A stretch of DNA of 63,879 bases, counting the filler, from Octopus bimaculoides (taxonomy: Eukaryota), in assembly GCF_001194135.2 (NCBI RefSeq). It is 3 parts of 3 records of this genome, joined end to end, with 100 filler letters (N's around TTAATTAATTAA, not from the genome) between each part and the next. Parts side by side here need not be neighbours in the genome. Positions count along the whole stretch, not along the records: positions 22,697 to 51,773 come from NC_068983.1; positions 51,874 to 63,879 come from NC_068997.1; 1 more part is not named here. One strand, given 5' to 3'. This document shows, in pieces, positions 51,188 to 63,879 of this stretch. Numbering within the stretch: position 1 is the first letter of the stretch; every line of letters starts with the position of its first letter. The notes under the pieces are model-generated. The model worked only from the letters and a program-made list of their open reading frames with translations. It ran no database searches and was not told the origin of the DNA. The translations under genes and the position numbers were made by a program.

Positions 51188-51610
51188 AGTACGTTGTGGC
51201 GAAGGAAGGCAAAGTTTGAGGGATAAGTGGGAGGGAAAAGGAACCAGAGGGACAGAGGAACGATGGGGGGAGCGAGAGAGAGAGAAGAGAGTTAGAGCGA
51301 GAGAGAAAGAAGGACTAAGGCAGAAAAGTGAGAACGAGAGTGTGAGAGACAAAGTGGGAAAGGGAGAAAAAAGAGAGACAGACAGAGAAAGAAGAAGAAG
51401 GAAAAGAGAGACAAGTGGGGAAAGTGGGTGAGAATCGTACATAATATCCAAGGGGTATTTATTTTTACAAACTTAACAACAAATCGTACGTAGCACAGCT
51501 TGGATAAATCAAAGGTAAAAAAACACAACAAACGGAAATCGTCAAAACATAACAAGCAAGAAAAGGACGATAGCAAAACAACGGCAAACAGGTCAAAACA
51601 AGATACACGG

Positions 51611-51669
<59 letters not shown>

Positions 51670-51910
51670 TGTGTACATGTATGTATACATGTATATATAT
51701 ATATATATATTGTTGTACTTGGGGATGGTCATATTGCCAGTTTAGCCAATAAAAACACACGCACTGTATATTTNNNNNNNNNNNNNNNNNNNNNNNNNNN
51801 NNNNNNNNNNNNNNNNNTTAATTAATTAANNNNNNNNNNNNNNNNNNNNNNNNNNNNNNNNNNNNNNNNNNNNTACCACTAATTCCGTGAAATATTCACG
51901 GGTCCCTCTA

Positions 51911-51987
<77 letters not shown>

Positions 51988-52129
51988 CATCATTATTGTT
52001 GTTGTTGTTGTTGTCGCCGTCGTCGTCGTCATTGTTGTTGTTGTTAATTTTGTTGCTGTTGTTGTTATTTTATTTCTAAGTAAAAGCACTCATCCTGGAA
52101 AGCACTCAACGTCCAAAAACCAATCTCAA

Positions 52130-52310
52130 AGTGCTAGCTCTCTCTAATACTGCTGGTTTGGGAGCCTGCTCAACCCTCATGTCAATATATACGCGTGCAT
52201 CTCAAGGTATGGTAATATCTATGATCTCGGTTTCCTTGTTTCTTTTATCCATCACAACGAAGTCTGGCTTCCGAGCATCGATTAGGGAGTCACATTATTT
52301 CCTACCTTTC
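52130..52310 (-). mobile_element. RLE-type LINE endonuclease fragment
   Basis: CDSLIDARKPDFVVMDKRNKETEIIDITIP*D. Confidence 0.65.
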
Positions 52311-52404
52311 CTACCTTTTCAGACAAAACCTTTTGTAACCTTCGTCCTGTCTTTGTCCTTATGTGTTTTTGATTGATATTAGCCCTTGTGGCCAATAAAA
52401 CGAA

Positions 52405-52626
52405 TTAATTATTATTATTATTATTGTTCAATAGTTTTATTTTTATAACGTGCTTTCACTTCACTACCGAGCGCAGCTCTGTGCGCCTTGGGTATGTGCT
52501 GTGGTTTGTTGTGGTGCTCTTATGTTTACTGTATTGAAAGTGTTTTGCTTAGGACGTGTGCAGTACCCAGTAGTGCAATTTTCTGTATGTTATATATATT
52601 TGTAAGTCCTGGTGTTTTTGTTATGT
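52405..52626 (-). mobile_element. RLE-type LINE 3' end, second copy
   Basis: Reverse-complement homolog of 46670-46900 ending in (TTA)n. Confidence 0.7.
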
Positions 52627-53552
52627 NNNNNNNNNNNNNNNNNNNNNNNNNNNNNNNNNNNNNNNNNNNNNNNNNNNNNNNNNNNNNNNNNNNNNNNNNN
52701 NNNNNNNNNNNNNNNNNNNNNNNNNNNNNNNNNNNNNNNNNNNNNNNNNNNNNNNNNNNNNNNNNNNNNNNNNNNNNNNNNNNNNNNNNNNNNNNNNNNN
52801 NNNNNNNNNNNNNNNNNNNNNNNNNNNNNNNNNNNNNNNNNNNNNNNNNNNNNNNNNNNNNNNNNNNNNNNNNNNNNNNNNNNNNNNNNNNNNNNNNNNN
52901 NNNNNNNNNNNNNNNNNNNNNNNNNNNNNNNNNNNNNNNNNNNNNNNNNNNNNNNNNNNNNNNNNNNNNNNNNNNNNNNNNNNNNNNNNNNNNNNNNNNN
53001 NNNNNNNNNNNNNNNNNNNNNNNNNNNNNNNNNNNNNNNNNNNNNNNNNNNNNNNNNNNNNNNNNNNNNNNNNNNNNNNNNNNNNNNNNNNNNNNNNNNN
53101 NNNNNNNNNNNNNNNNNNNNNNNNNNNNNNNNNNNNNNNNNNNNNNNNNNNNNNNNNNNNNNNNNNNNNNNNNNNNNNNNNNNNNNNNNNNNNNNNNNNN
53201 NNNNNNNNNNNNNNNNNNNNNNNNNNNNNNNNNNNNNNNNNNNNNNNNNNNNNNNNNNNNNNNNNNNNNNNNNNNNNNNNNNNNNNNNNNNNNNNNNNNN
53301 NNNNNNNNNNNNNNNNNNNNNNNNNNNNNNNNNNNNNNNNNNNNNNNNNNNNNNNNNNNNNNNNNNNNNNNNNNNNNNNNNNNNNNNNNNNNNNNNNNNN
53401 NNNNNNNNNNNNNNNNNNNNNNNNNNNNNNNNNNNNNNNNNNNNNNNNNNNNNNNNNNNNNNNNNNNNNNNNNNNNNNNNNNNNNNTTCTTGTTTTCCTG
53501 TCTATTTTACATAGTTCGTTTAGTGTCCAGTTAAGGATGTTGTAGCTGTAGC

Positions 53553-53647
<95 letters not shown>

Positions 53648-54423
53648 TTTGACAGAACAGTTTATATTATGTATCAAAGCGTTTTGTATATATATCCTCG
53701 ACCTGGTCACTGACACGCTACCTCAAGTGTATCAGGGAGTATCAAATGTTAATCAAGTGTTATATATGAAACAACGCTGGAAATCAAACAAAATGAAAGT
53801 AAAAGGAAAATAACTATAGCACACACACACACACGCATACACACACATACGTACACACATGCATACACATATACACACTCACACATAGGCACGCATACAT
53901 ACACACGGACATTGACGCAAATGTGCACACGTATTTATGCCTCTCCCCACGAACGCATACATGAACGTGCACAAAATATATACGGATAATGACTGATGTC
54001 TGCCATTATATAATTTGGATTTGAAGGAAGTCATAATTCAGTAGTTCTAGTTATAAAGCTAAGACTAATACTACGACTAATAATAATGATAATAATAATT
54101 AGTGTTCGCGAGTTATAATTCACCCATGGTGACTCGCCCAAAATACAACGATATTTTGTTTCCAACGCGACAGCTGAAGACAAGATTTCTTACTAAAAAC
54201 AAACACAAATACACACACACAAATACACACACACAAATACACACACAAATACACACACACACAAACACACGCACATATATATATACATATATATATGTAA
54301 ATATATATATATATATGTGTATATATATATGTATGTATATGAATGCATCTATATATCTATATATGTGAGTGTGTGTTTGTGTGTGTGAACACGCACACAT
54401 TTATATCTCTGCGTTTATATATG

Positions 54424-54461
<38 letters not shown>

Positions 54462-55043
54462 TACAAACATATATACATGTCTGTGTATACCATGTGTGCA
54501 TGTGTGTTTGTGTGTGCGTGTGAGTGTGTGTGTAAGTGTGAGTGTGCTTGCCTCAGATAAGAGGAGACGAATTGAAAAATGTATTACTAGAGGATAGAAA
54601 GATAGATGGAGTGATAAAGAGAGATAGAGAGACAGAGAGAGAAAAAAGAGAAACTCATACGAAGACAAGAAGAGAGAGAAATACATACATAAAGAGAGAA
54701 AGAGAGAGAGGAGGGAGTGAATAGTGTGAGAGTGATAGGGATAAATCATTGAGATAATCTTTCATCAGCTGATCGTAAAAATGTCACGAACCAACAGTTT
54801 TATTACAAGAATGTCACTTAAATCACAATGCAACCGCGCACACATATTAACACAAATAAACACACACATATATATATATATATNNNNNNNNNNNNNNNNN
54901 NNNNNNNNNNNNNNNNNNNNNNNNNNNNNNNNNNNNNNNNNNNNNNNNNNNNNNNNNNNNNNNNNNNNNNNNNNNNNNNNNNNNNNNNNNNNNNNNNNNN
55001 NNNNNNNNNNNNNNNNNNNNNNNNNNNNNNNNNNNNNNNNNNN

Positions 55044-55106
<63 letters not shown>

Positions 55107-55689
55107 CTGCGAGACAAACATACACAGGTAAACACATGTGCAGAGACACACAATATAAGGACATATATATATATATGCCGAAATAAACACACACTCATAT
55201 ATATATACAATCCTCTAGACAATCCCGCACATCTCCGTACATATATATAGGCATTCATCACAACGTGTACGGAAGCTACATACGCATATACATATACAGT
55301 CACACACGAAACAGACTGTTGCTAACGAATGTCTTGCACTAATACACAGTTCATGGTTGTACCTATGGACTGAACATATAAACACACATTTATATAAGTA
55401 TACGTAAATGTAAAGAAAAGTATGTGCAAAAAACTACGATCAAAGAAAAGAGTACATAGCCGACTGAATTATACATGTGCCAAATCCGGCATGCGCGCAC
55501 AAACAGTTACACCCACACACACACAGAGGCATGCATATACGTTTGTGTGTGAGTTTAACAGAATGGGTGGACAAACAAAATAAAGTTGAAATTAATGCTC
55601 AACACATCTATTTGGTTGGAGTTACGTTTCTTTGATAGCAGATTCCCTGAAAATACAGCAAATCGGATATTCGGAGAGAACACAGAGAG

Positions 55690-56100
55690 AAGACGAACGA
55701 TACTTGACAGCCAAGTACCAATCTCAAAATCCTTGCTGTCCTCAATAAAACAGTTTTCTGAGCATGTTTTACGCACGTGTCACTCCCAAATTTTTCTAAC
55801 AGATTGCTCAGATCTTTGTTGCTAATGCCCTCCAGTACCTCTACACCTCCTGGGATGACATTTGCTTTCTTTATTGCTCCCAATCATTCAAGTTCATCAA
55901 TTAGTGGCTTGCACTTTTCAATCTTTTCTAGTTCTTTTTCATTCACAGGTGAGGCAATGTGTATGATCTTGGTTTCCTTCATCATATTATCAACTACAAA
56001 AATGTCTGGTCTCCGAGTATCAATCACTGTATCAGACTGGATTGTAAAATCTCAAGAGATCTCAGACTCATTATTGCTGGTGACATCTGGTTTATGCCCA
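55690..56100 (-). mobile_element. RLE-type LINE endonuclease fragment
   Basis: RRPDIFVVD...AQKTVLLRTARILRLVL. Confidence 0.65.
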
Positions 56101-56835
56101 TACAATTTCAATGTCCTTTAAAGAGAGTACTTCTTACACGATATCCAATGGACATACTTAGCTACGTTATCATGCCTCATTTTGTATTTGTTTTGGTCCA
56201 ATTTGCTTTAATCACTCACGATATGTGAGGCTGTTTCATTTTTGATGCCACACATCCTGAGAGAGGGAGATTCACTACACATCTATTTGTAACATGGTGC
56301 AATTAGTTTTCAGAGCTTGTCGGCCGTGCTCTATAGTACACTATGATATACAGGCACACCAGTCTGTAGTATGTCGAATAAAATACCTTGTGGTTTAATG
56401 TTACGAGACTCCTATAGGTCTGAGTTCAAATCTTGTCGAATTTAGGATTGCCATTTTACCAATTCGCCATTCTTTTACGTGATAAACTATCCAGTGCTGG
56501 TGACGGTCTAATTAAGCCTACAAACCACCTGCTAATGTTATGACATAGTTTATGAGACATTACTGTTTATACAAAGTGTTTATAATTAGGAGTAAGATAT
56601 TCTATCGTATATTTTAAAACAGACATCGTGTGCGGTTTGTGGCAGCATGGAGGATGGGTGTGCTTGAGTTGTGTAAAAATAAGAAGGCGTCTCAAATCTC
56701 TATGTGTGCGTGCGTTTGCATGAGCAAAGGTATGAATGTGGCGTTTGCACAACTATGAAGTGCTAAATGTACGTATATATGTATTTGCATGAATACGTTT
56801 GAACACGCTGAGACACACAAACACAGTGATATTAT

Positions 56836-56868
<33 letters not shown>

Positions 56869-56888
56869 GATATATATATGTATATATA

Positions 56889-56924
<36 letters not shown>

Positions 56925-57168
56925 NNNNNNNNNNNNNNNNNNNNNNNNNNNNNNNNNNNNNNNNNNNNNNNNNNNNNNNNNNNNNNNNNNNNNNNNNNNN
57001 NNNNNNNNNNNNNNNNNNNNNNNNNNNNNNNNNNNNNNNNNNNNNNNNNNNNNNNNNNNNNNNNNNNNNNNNNNNNNNNNNNNNNNNNNNNNNNNNNNNN
57101 NNNNNNNNNNNNNNNNNNNNNNNNNNNNNNNNNNNNNNNNNNNNNNNNNNNNNNNNNNNNNNNNNNNN

Positions 57169-57224
<56 letters not shown>

Positions 57225-57326
57225 TAACAGTTTGATTCGGGTCCATTTAACTGTTTTAAATAATATATGTAACTTCTACTAAATATGGTGACTGCCTCTT
57301 CCGTTCGTTTAAACACTCACTCGTGT

Positions 57327-57383
<57 letters not shown>

Positions 57384-58879
57384 TATATATATATATTCGT
57401 ATATATGTCCGTATGCATATAAATATGTGGGTGTATATGTGTGTGTGTGTGTTCATACGTGTATATACACATACACGCATATGTGTACACGTATGTGCGT
57501 GTCTTTGTATATGAATGTACGTTTATTTGTAAATGTGCGTGCGTGAAAGCAAAGTTAAAGTCTATATTCGAAAATTACTGGAAATGTACGTAAGAATTAG
57601 CTCGTTTCTTTGTATGCGAGTGTACAATATATTTACTTATGTACGAGAATGGCTTTCTATGTATGAATGCATGTATTTATGTTCGTGTATGCCAGCGTGT
57701 TGACAGAGACATAAACTGTAGCTATGAGCGTCCATTGACACTTTTAATGGCGGAAAGAAAGCGAAACATGGTGCTGGAACAAAATGGCCGCCACATAAAC
57801 AACATAAAATCGTGACAGCGCTCTTATTTCTTCTACGTTGCGGTTTTGTTGAATTAGACACCAAACAGTGTTATTATGTACAACTTGTGGGGATATTTTA
57901 TTACTGCTGTTGTTGTTGTTTGTCATTGTGGTTTAGATGTTTTGCTGTTTATATTTATCCAGATTTTCTGGTTCTCGTTGTTGTGGATTATAGTGTATGC
58001 TTTATGATTTGTGTTTACGTTTTATTTTATCCTTCTTGGTGATGTTGTTGCTAACACCAAAGGTTCTTGTTTTCTAACCTTTATTGCTATAGTAGTAGTA
58101 GTAACTGCTGTTGTTTTCGGAATTGGTTTAGAGTGTCATGGTGAATAAACGATTGGATTTATGGATGTTGCTGTTGCCGTTCTTTTATTTGTTGATCCTT
58201 GGAATTTTAAATTTGCGGTTTTAAGCTTCCATTGTATTCTTTTTGTGTTCTTGTTATTTTTGTTATTGTTTGTATTGCTGTTGCTTGTGTAGTAGTAGTC
58301 GTTTCTGGTGGCTGCTTGTGCTCTGTAACTGCGATTGTTGCTGTTATTGTAGCCACTGTTGAGCAAGTGAATCATGTTAATGTGTAACAAATTCACGTAA
58401 TCCAAGCGTCTCGTCATTGAAGAGATCAGATCAGAAACAGCTGTAAGCTTAGCTGTTCTATGCTTCCTTTATATATGACTGGCCTCCACACAGCTTTCGA
58501 CTACCAGATTGACTCATAACGCATTGGTTGGTGCAAGGCAATATTGGAAGACATTTGTCCATGTCACCGTTCAGTGTGACTGGAACCGGAAACCACACGA
58601 TTACACGGCAGACTTCTTACCTACACACACATTCCTTGTCTTTATTATAAAATTACCAGAAATTCTTTACACTCTGATGTCGAAATTCTAAATGTATTCT
58701 AAAGTATGTATTTTTTCCTTAAAACACTTACCTCTGTATGTGAATATGCGATAATCTATTTTTCGTATACAGGTAGAGTTTTCAGGTAATGTCCGTTTGC
58801 TGCTAAATGCATAAATAAATCAATTACTGCTTTTGTAATATATTTTCCTCTGCAGATAATAATACATAAAGAATTGGCT

Positions 58880-59007
58880 AAATGTGTGTGTGTATGTGTG
58901 TGTGTGTGCTTGTGTGAGTGTGTGTATGTGTGTGCGTGTGTGTGTATGTTATATATATGGTAGATTTTATTGGCATATTCACTTTTAGACATGTGTGCAT
59001 GTATATA

Positions 59008-59095
<88 letters not shown>

Positions 59096-59289
59096 TATAC
59101 AAGTATATGTATATATATGTGTGTATGTATACATGTATATATACATGTACATATGTATATGTGCATATATATGCATATATATATATATATATATATGTAT
59201 ACGATTATATGTATATATATATATATATGCATATATATACATACACACACATACATACATACATATATATATATATATTTATGTATGTT

Positions 59290-59328
<39 letters not shown>

Positions 59329-59330
59329 TT
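58880..59330. repeat. (TG)n/(TA)n compound microsatellite
   Basis: Direct reading; one of many, e.g. 1890-2185, 60790-61135, 61445-61815. Confidence 0.95.
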
Positions 59331-60966
59331 ACGCTCTCAATGTTGTATTTGCTTTTGAATAGATTGCATAATGTATAGCTGCTCTGTCTCTCCGTCATTA
59401 AACTTCGTTTAACCCAATAATGAATCATCTCGATGCACGTAAATACGTGTCTTAAAAGTCTTCAAATGCCTCCACATTGAATCAATCACGTTTTTGGATA
59501 ATAACTCTTACACTTTATATACCATGGATATGATTTATATGTTAAATAGATGTTTCTAGTGATGTTGGTTACCGCTCTTATTTAATGTGTGTTTGTGTGT
59601 TTCATCCAGGTCTTTTATAACTTATTTTATATGTTGCGGGCATGGCTGTGTGGCTAAGAAGCCCCACTTGGCAACTGCGTGATTTCTTGTTCAGTCCCCC
59701 CTATACGGAAGTTTGGGTAAATATCTTCAACAATCGCCCAGGACCAACGCATGCATTGCGAGTACATTTTGTTGGCAGAAATTGTGATGAAGTGCGTGCG
59801 TTTATATTTCGATGTGATTCATAAGTTAATGTAATCATAATGATTCGGTGATCTTAATAGATTTCTTCATTTGCATTAATTTGTGAATATACATTTGTAG
59901 TGAGTAATCCTGGGCATATATATACTGTATAATTTTCCTTATCGAACTTCATCGAACTTCGAAGCTTACAAATTTTATGGTAGTTATATCGAAAGATAGA
60001 TCTGTTTCCACCTGTCACATTCCTGATAACTCTATGTATATATAATTGAGTGTGCGTATGTGTGTGTGTGTTTGATGTCTTTATGCCTGTCTTTGTTCCT
60101 TAACCATCGTGTGACAGCCGGTGTTGGTTTGTTTATATCTCTGTTATCAAACGGCCTGAGAAATGAGATAGATAAAGTAAGTACTAGACTAAAAATAAAA
60201 AGAAAAAAGAAAAGAAAACAAAAGAATTGGTGTCGAATTGTTGTACGAAAACACTTCAAAGATTGTGCCCCAGCATGGCCACAGTTCAAAAATACAAACA
60301 AATAAATGATGAAATGAAAAATAAGATATGAAAATATTTATTCTGGCACATTTATTTTTAAAATGCCCTCTCGTTTAGACTATGTTTTCTATTATTTTTT
60401 TTGTTTTTTTATTATTTTAGTTTATTTTCACAAATTACACCGGTTTCAGTTTTTATAATTACATCTGTCTTTGATTTGCTTCGACATTTCGTTTGCTATG
60501 GAAGAAGCAACTGAGTCAGTTATCTCTTGGAGACCTTCAAACCATCGAAACCGTAGAGATGCAACAAGCAAAGAATAAAGAATCTCTCCCCCTCTCTCTC
60601 TCTCTCTCCCCCTCACTCTCTCTCTCCCCCCTCTCTCTCTCGTTAATTTTATGTTTCATATACCATATATGGGTTTCGGATTGAAACTCTGCATCATCTC
60701 ATCATTTGGCTTCGTTACTCTGTCAACATTCCGATTACTTATTAATCAGACCTCGTATATAGATTTGGAGGGAGAAATGCAGTTTAGCAATACATATATA
60801 CATACATACATACATACATACATACATACATGCATACATACATACATGCATACATACATACATTTGTGCGTGTATGTGTATATATATATATATATATTTA
60901 TGTATATATATTTACATATACATACATATGTTTGCCTACATGTATTTATTTCTATGTATGCATGAG

Positions 60967-61018
<52 letters not shown>

Positions 61019-61038
61019 GCACATATATGCGTGTGTGT

Positions 61039-61121
<83 letters not shown>

Positions 61122-61468
61122 TGTGTGTGTGTGTTGATGGATGTAAAGGAAAGTGCACGCTTGATGACATGAACTCAGGTCTAGTTAAACCGATTTATAT
61201 TCATTTACTCCATCCTTAATCTGAATATATCTGTTTTACACAATCGTAGACCTTCGCAAGTCGCTGAATAAACTAAACACCGCATTATTAGTACGGAAAT
61301 TGCTCATCTATTTAGTACTTTACTAGTAATCCACAGCCGGATATGACATACATGTAGCTCACTTATTCTCAGTTTGTTATGACTTTTGATTTCATTAATC
61401 CTTTTTATTCAGCTTAGAGAGCTTGTCTCAATGGTATGTGCACAGTTTATATATATATATATACATGC

Positions 61469-61503
<35 letters not shown>

Positions 61504-61646
61504 TATAGATACATATATATACATATATATACATATANNNNNNNNNNNNNNNNNNNNNNNNNNNNNNNNNNNNNNNNNNNNNNNNNNNNNNNNNNNNNNN
61601 NNNNNNNNNNNNNNNNNNNNNNNNNNNNNNNNNNNNNNNNNNNNNN

Positions 61647-61697
<51 letters not shown>

Positions 61698-61857
61698 TAT
61701 ATATGCATATATATACATATATATACATATATATAATATAAAATATATATATATATGACTATATGCATACATATATGTACATACATACATCTATACGTAT
61801 ATATATATATATTCCTTTGTAGTTTTGTTGTTATTTTTTTCTTTTGGATTTACAATT

Positions 61858-61905
<48 letters not shown>

Positions 61906-62878
61906 TATACACACATATATATATTGTGGCGGTGGTGATTGTGGTAGTGAGGCTGGTGTTGTTAGTAATGGTGATGGGACTAGTTGCCGTGAAGGTATCG
62001 GTGATAGTGCTTGAGGTGGTGAAGGTTGTGCTAATTTTAATGACAGTGATTTAAATGATAATGGTAGTGATGGATGTGGTATTGGTGGTGGTCGTGGTGG
62101 TGGTCGTGGTGATGGTGCTAGTGTTGGTGGTGGTAGTAGGGATGGTTGCAAAAAAAATAGCAACCAACGCCATATCGCCAATCTTGAAGTTCCAACAAAA
62201 CGAAACAACGAAAAAGAAAGATAAATAAATAAACCCAGAACAACCTCCCAAAGAACACCAATGCAGAAACTCTTATTTAATATACTCCAAAATAACAGGT
62301 CTATAAACAAGGTCCCACCTCGACCAAACACAACACATAAAATACAAGGGGTTATATACCCCGGAATTAAATTTAATTTATACTCTCAACCCCAAACGAA
62401 AGAAGTCAATAAATAAAATGGCGGCGTCCCTCTTTTAGTTTATTTGCTTTTTATGTTGCTTTTACGGTCGCTAATCAGTGTCCGGCTACTGTCAACATCT
62501 GATATGTCATCAGGTTTCATAAACTACAATGGTTAATGTGAATGATGTGGCTGCTGCTGCTGTTGCTGCTGCTGTGGTGGTGGGGGTGGGGTCTGCTTCT
62601 ATGCGAATGTCGTGTGAGGTAGATTCTGTATTGGAAAAGACTGACGAGGATTTCTTTTTTTTTTCTTTGAACGCAAACCAAGAAAGAGATAGAAATAACA
62701 CAGCAAGAAAAGAGATCGCTGTAGATTAATTAAAACAGTAATATGCTATGCACGGTACATAACATGTATTTGTGTATATGTAAATATGTAAATCTATGTA
62801 TGTATGTATGTATGTATGTATGTATGTATGTATGCATCAGTCTTCTTTGTTTCTACCTCTCTTCCTCTCACTTACTCT

Positions 62879-62949
<71 letters not shown>

Positions 62950-63214
62950 TTGTATTCTTTTGTTTCACCTTTAAAGCTGCAGTCATGCTGGGGTACCACC
63001 ATTAACAGACAGACAGACACACACACACACACACACTATATATATNNNNNNNNNNNNNNNNNNNNNNNNNNNNNNNNNNNNNNNNNNNNNNNNNNNNNNN
63101 NNNNNNNNNNNNNNNNNNNNNNNNNNNNNNNNNNNNNNNNNNNNNNNNNNNNNNNNNNNNNNNNNNNNNNNNNATATATATATATATATATATACATATA
63201 TACATACATACACC

Positions 63215-63263
<49 letters not shown>

Positions 63264-63879
63264 CGTGTGTGTGTATACACACACACTGGTTGGTATATCA
63301 TATTTTCCGTTTGTTGTCTCTTCATTCAATCCTGAAAAAAAAAAAAAATATATATATATTAATACAAATAAATTTGTTGAGGGTGTTGTATTCACAGTCG
63401 CAAGCTTGCTCTTTGATTCCTAGATGAGAATACACCTGGTTACAGAAAAGAATATCTCCTCAAAATGCAAAAGAATGGAACCAGAATTTAGTCCACGTGG
63501 CTGCGAACATGTTGCACGCGTGTGAACACATCATCACATCATGCATACATATGTACACACCTGAATCAAGCATGCATACCTATGCCCAAGAATATATATG
63601 TTTATACGGACACAATATACGTTCTTATATATAGATATAGATGTATAAACATACAGACAAACATGCACACAATAACACACACTCACAAACTCACACTCAC
63701 ACACACACTTATATACACACACTTACCTACATTCATAATACATATATACATTATATTCATATCTGAACGTATGTGTATATACATAGATATATATGCACGG
63801 ATATATATATATATAACACATGCATACATAAGTAGTATCTATCTATCTATTTATCCATCTATATATATATATATATATA

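Noticed and set aside
58136-58417. 93-aa Asn/Thr-rich minus-strand ORF
   Set aside because: Low-complexity (GTT)n-derived sequence with no domain signal.
1000-63722. Long ORFs made of X runs or YI/HT/CV/poly-I/poly-D/poly-M repeats
   Set aside because: They are translations of N-gaps and microsatellites, not genes.

Overview
AT-rich, repeat-dominated eukaryotic scaffold with many N-gaps and very dense (TA)n/(CA)n/(TTA)n/(GAT)n microsatellites. The SINE landscape looks like a coleoid cephalopod (octopus); this is recalled from repeat families, not verified. One clear protein-coding gene is present: an intronless Toll-like receptor (40145-42148, +) with signal peptide, about 15 LRRs, LRR-CT, TM and TIR. 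An in-frame TAA truncates its TIR just before the box-3 FW motif, and the conserved frame continues 19 more codons to TAG 42206-42208. The locus appears to be a decaying tandem TLR array: a paralogous TIR C-terminus plus 3' UTR lies about 15 kb upstream (26980-27975) and retains the intact box 3, and a block that may be the promoter/first non-coding exon occurs twice (35530-36210 and 49110-50087). The rest is transposon debris: Tc1, mariner, pogo-like and piggyBac-like elements, Tx1/L1, CR1, RTE and RLE-type LINE fragments, Penelope-like fragments with hammerhead-like motifs, solo-LTR-like elements and at least four SINE families. Nearly all other ORFs in the track are microsatellite or N-run artefacts.
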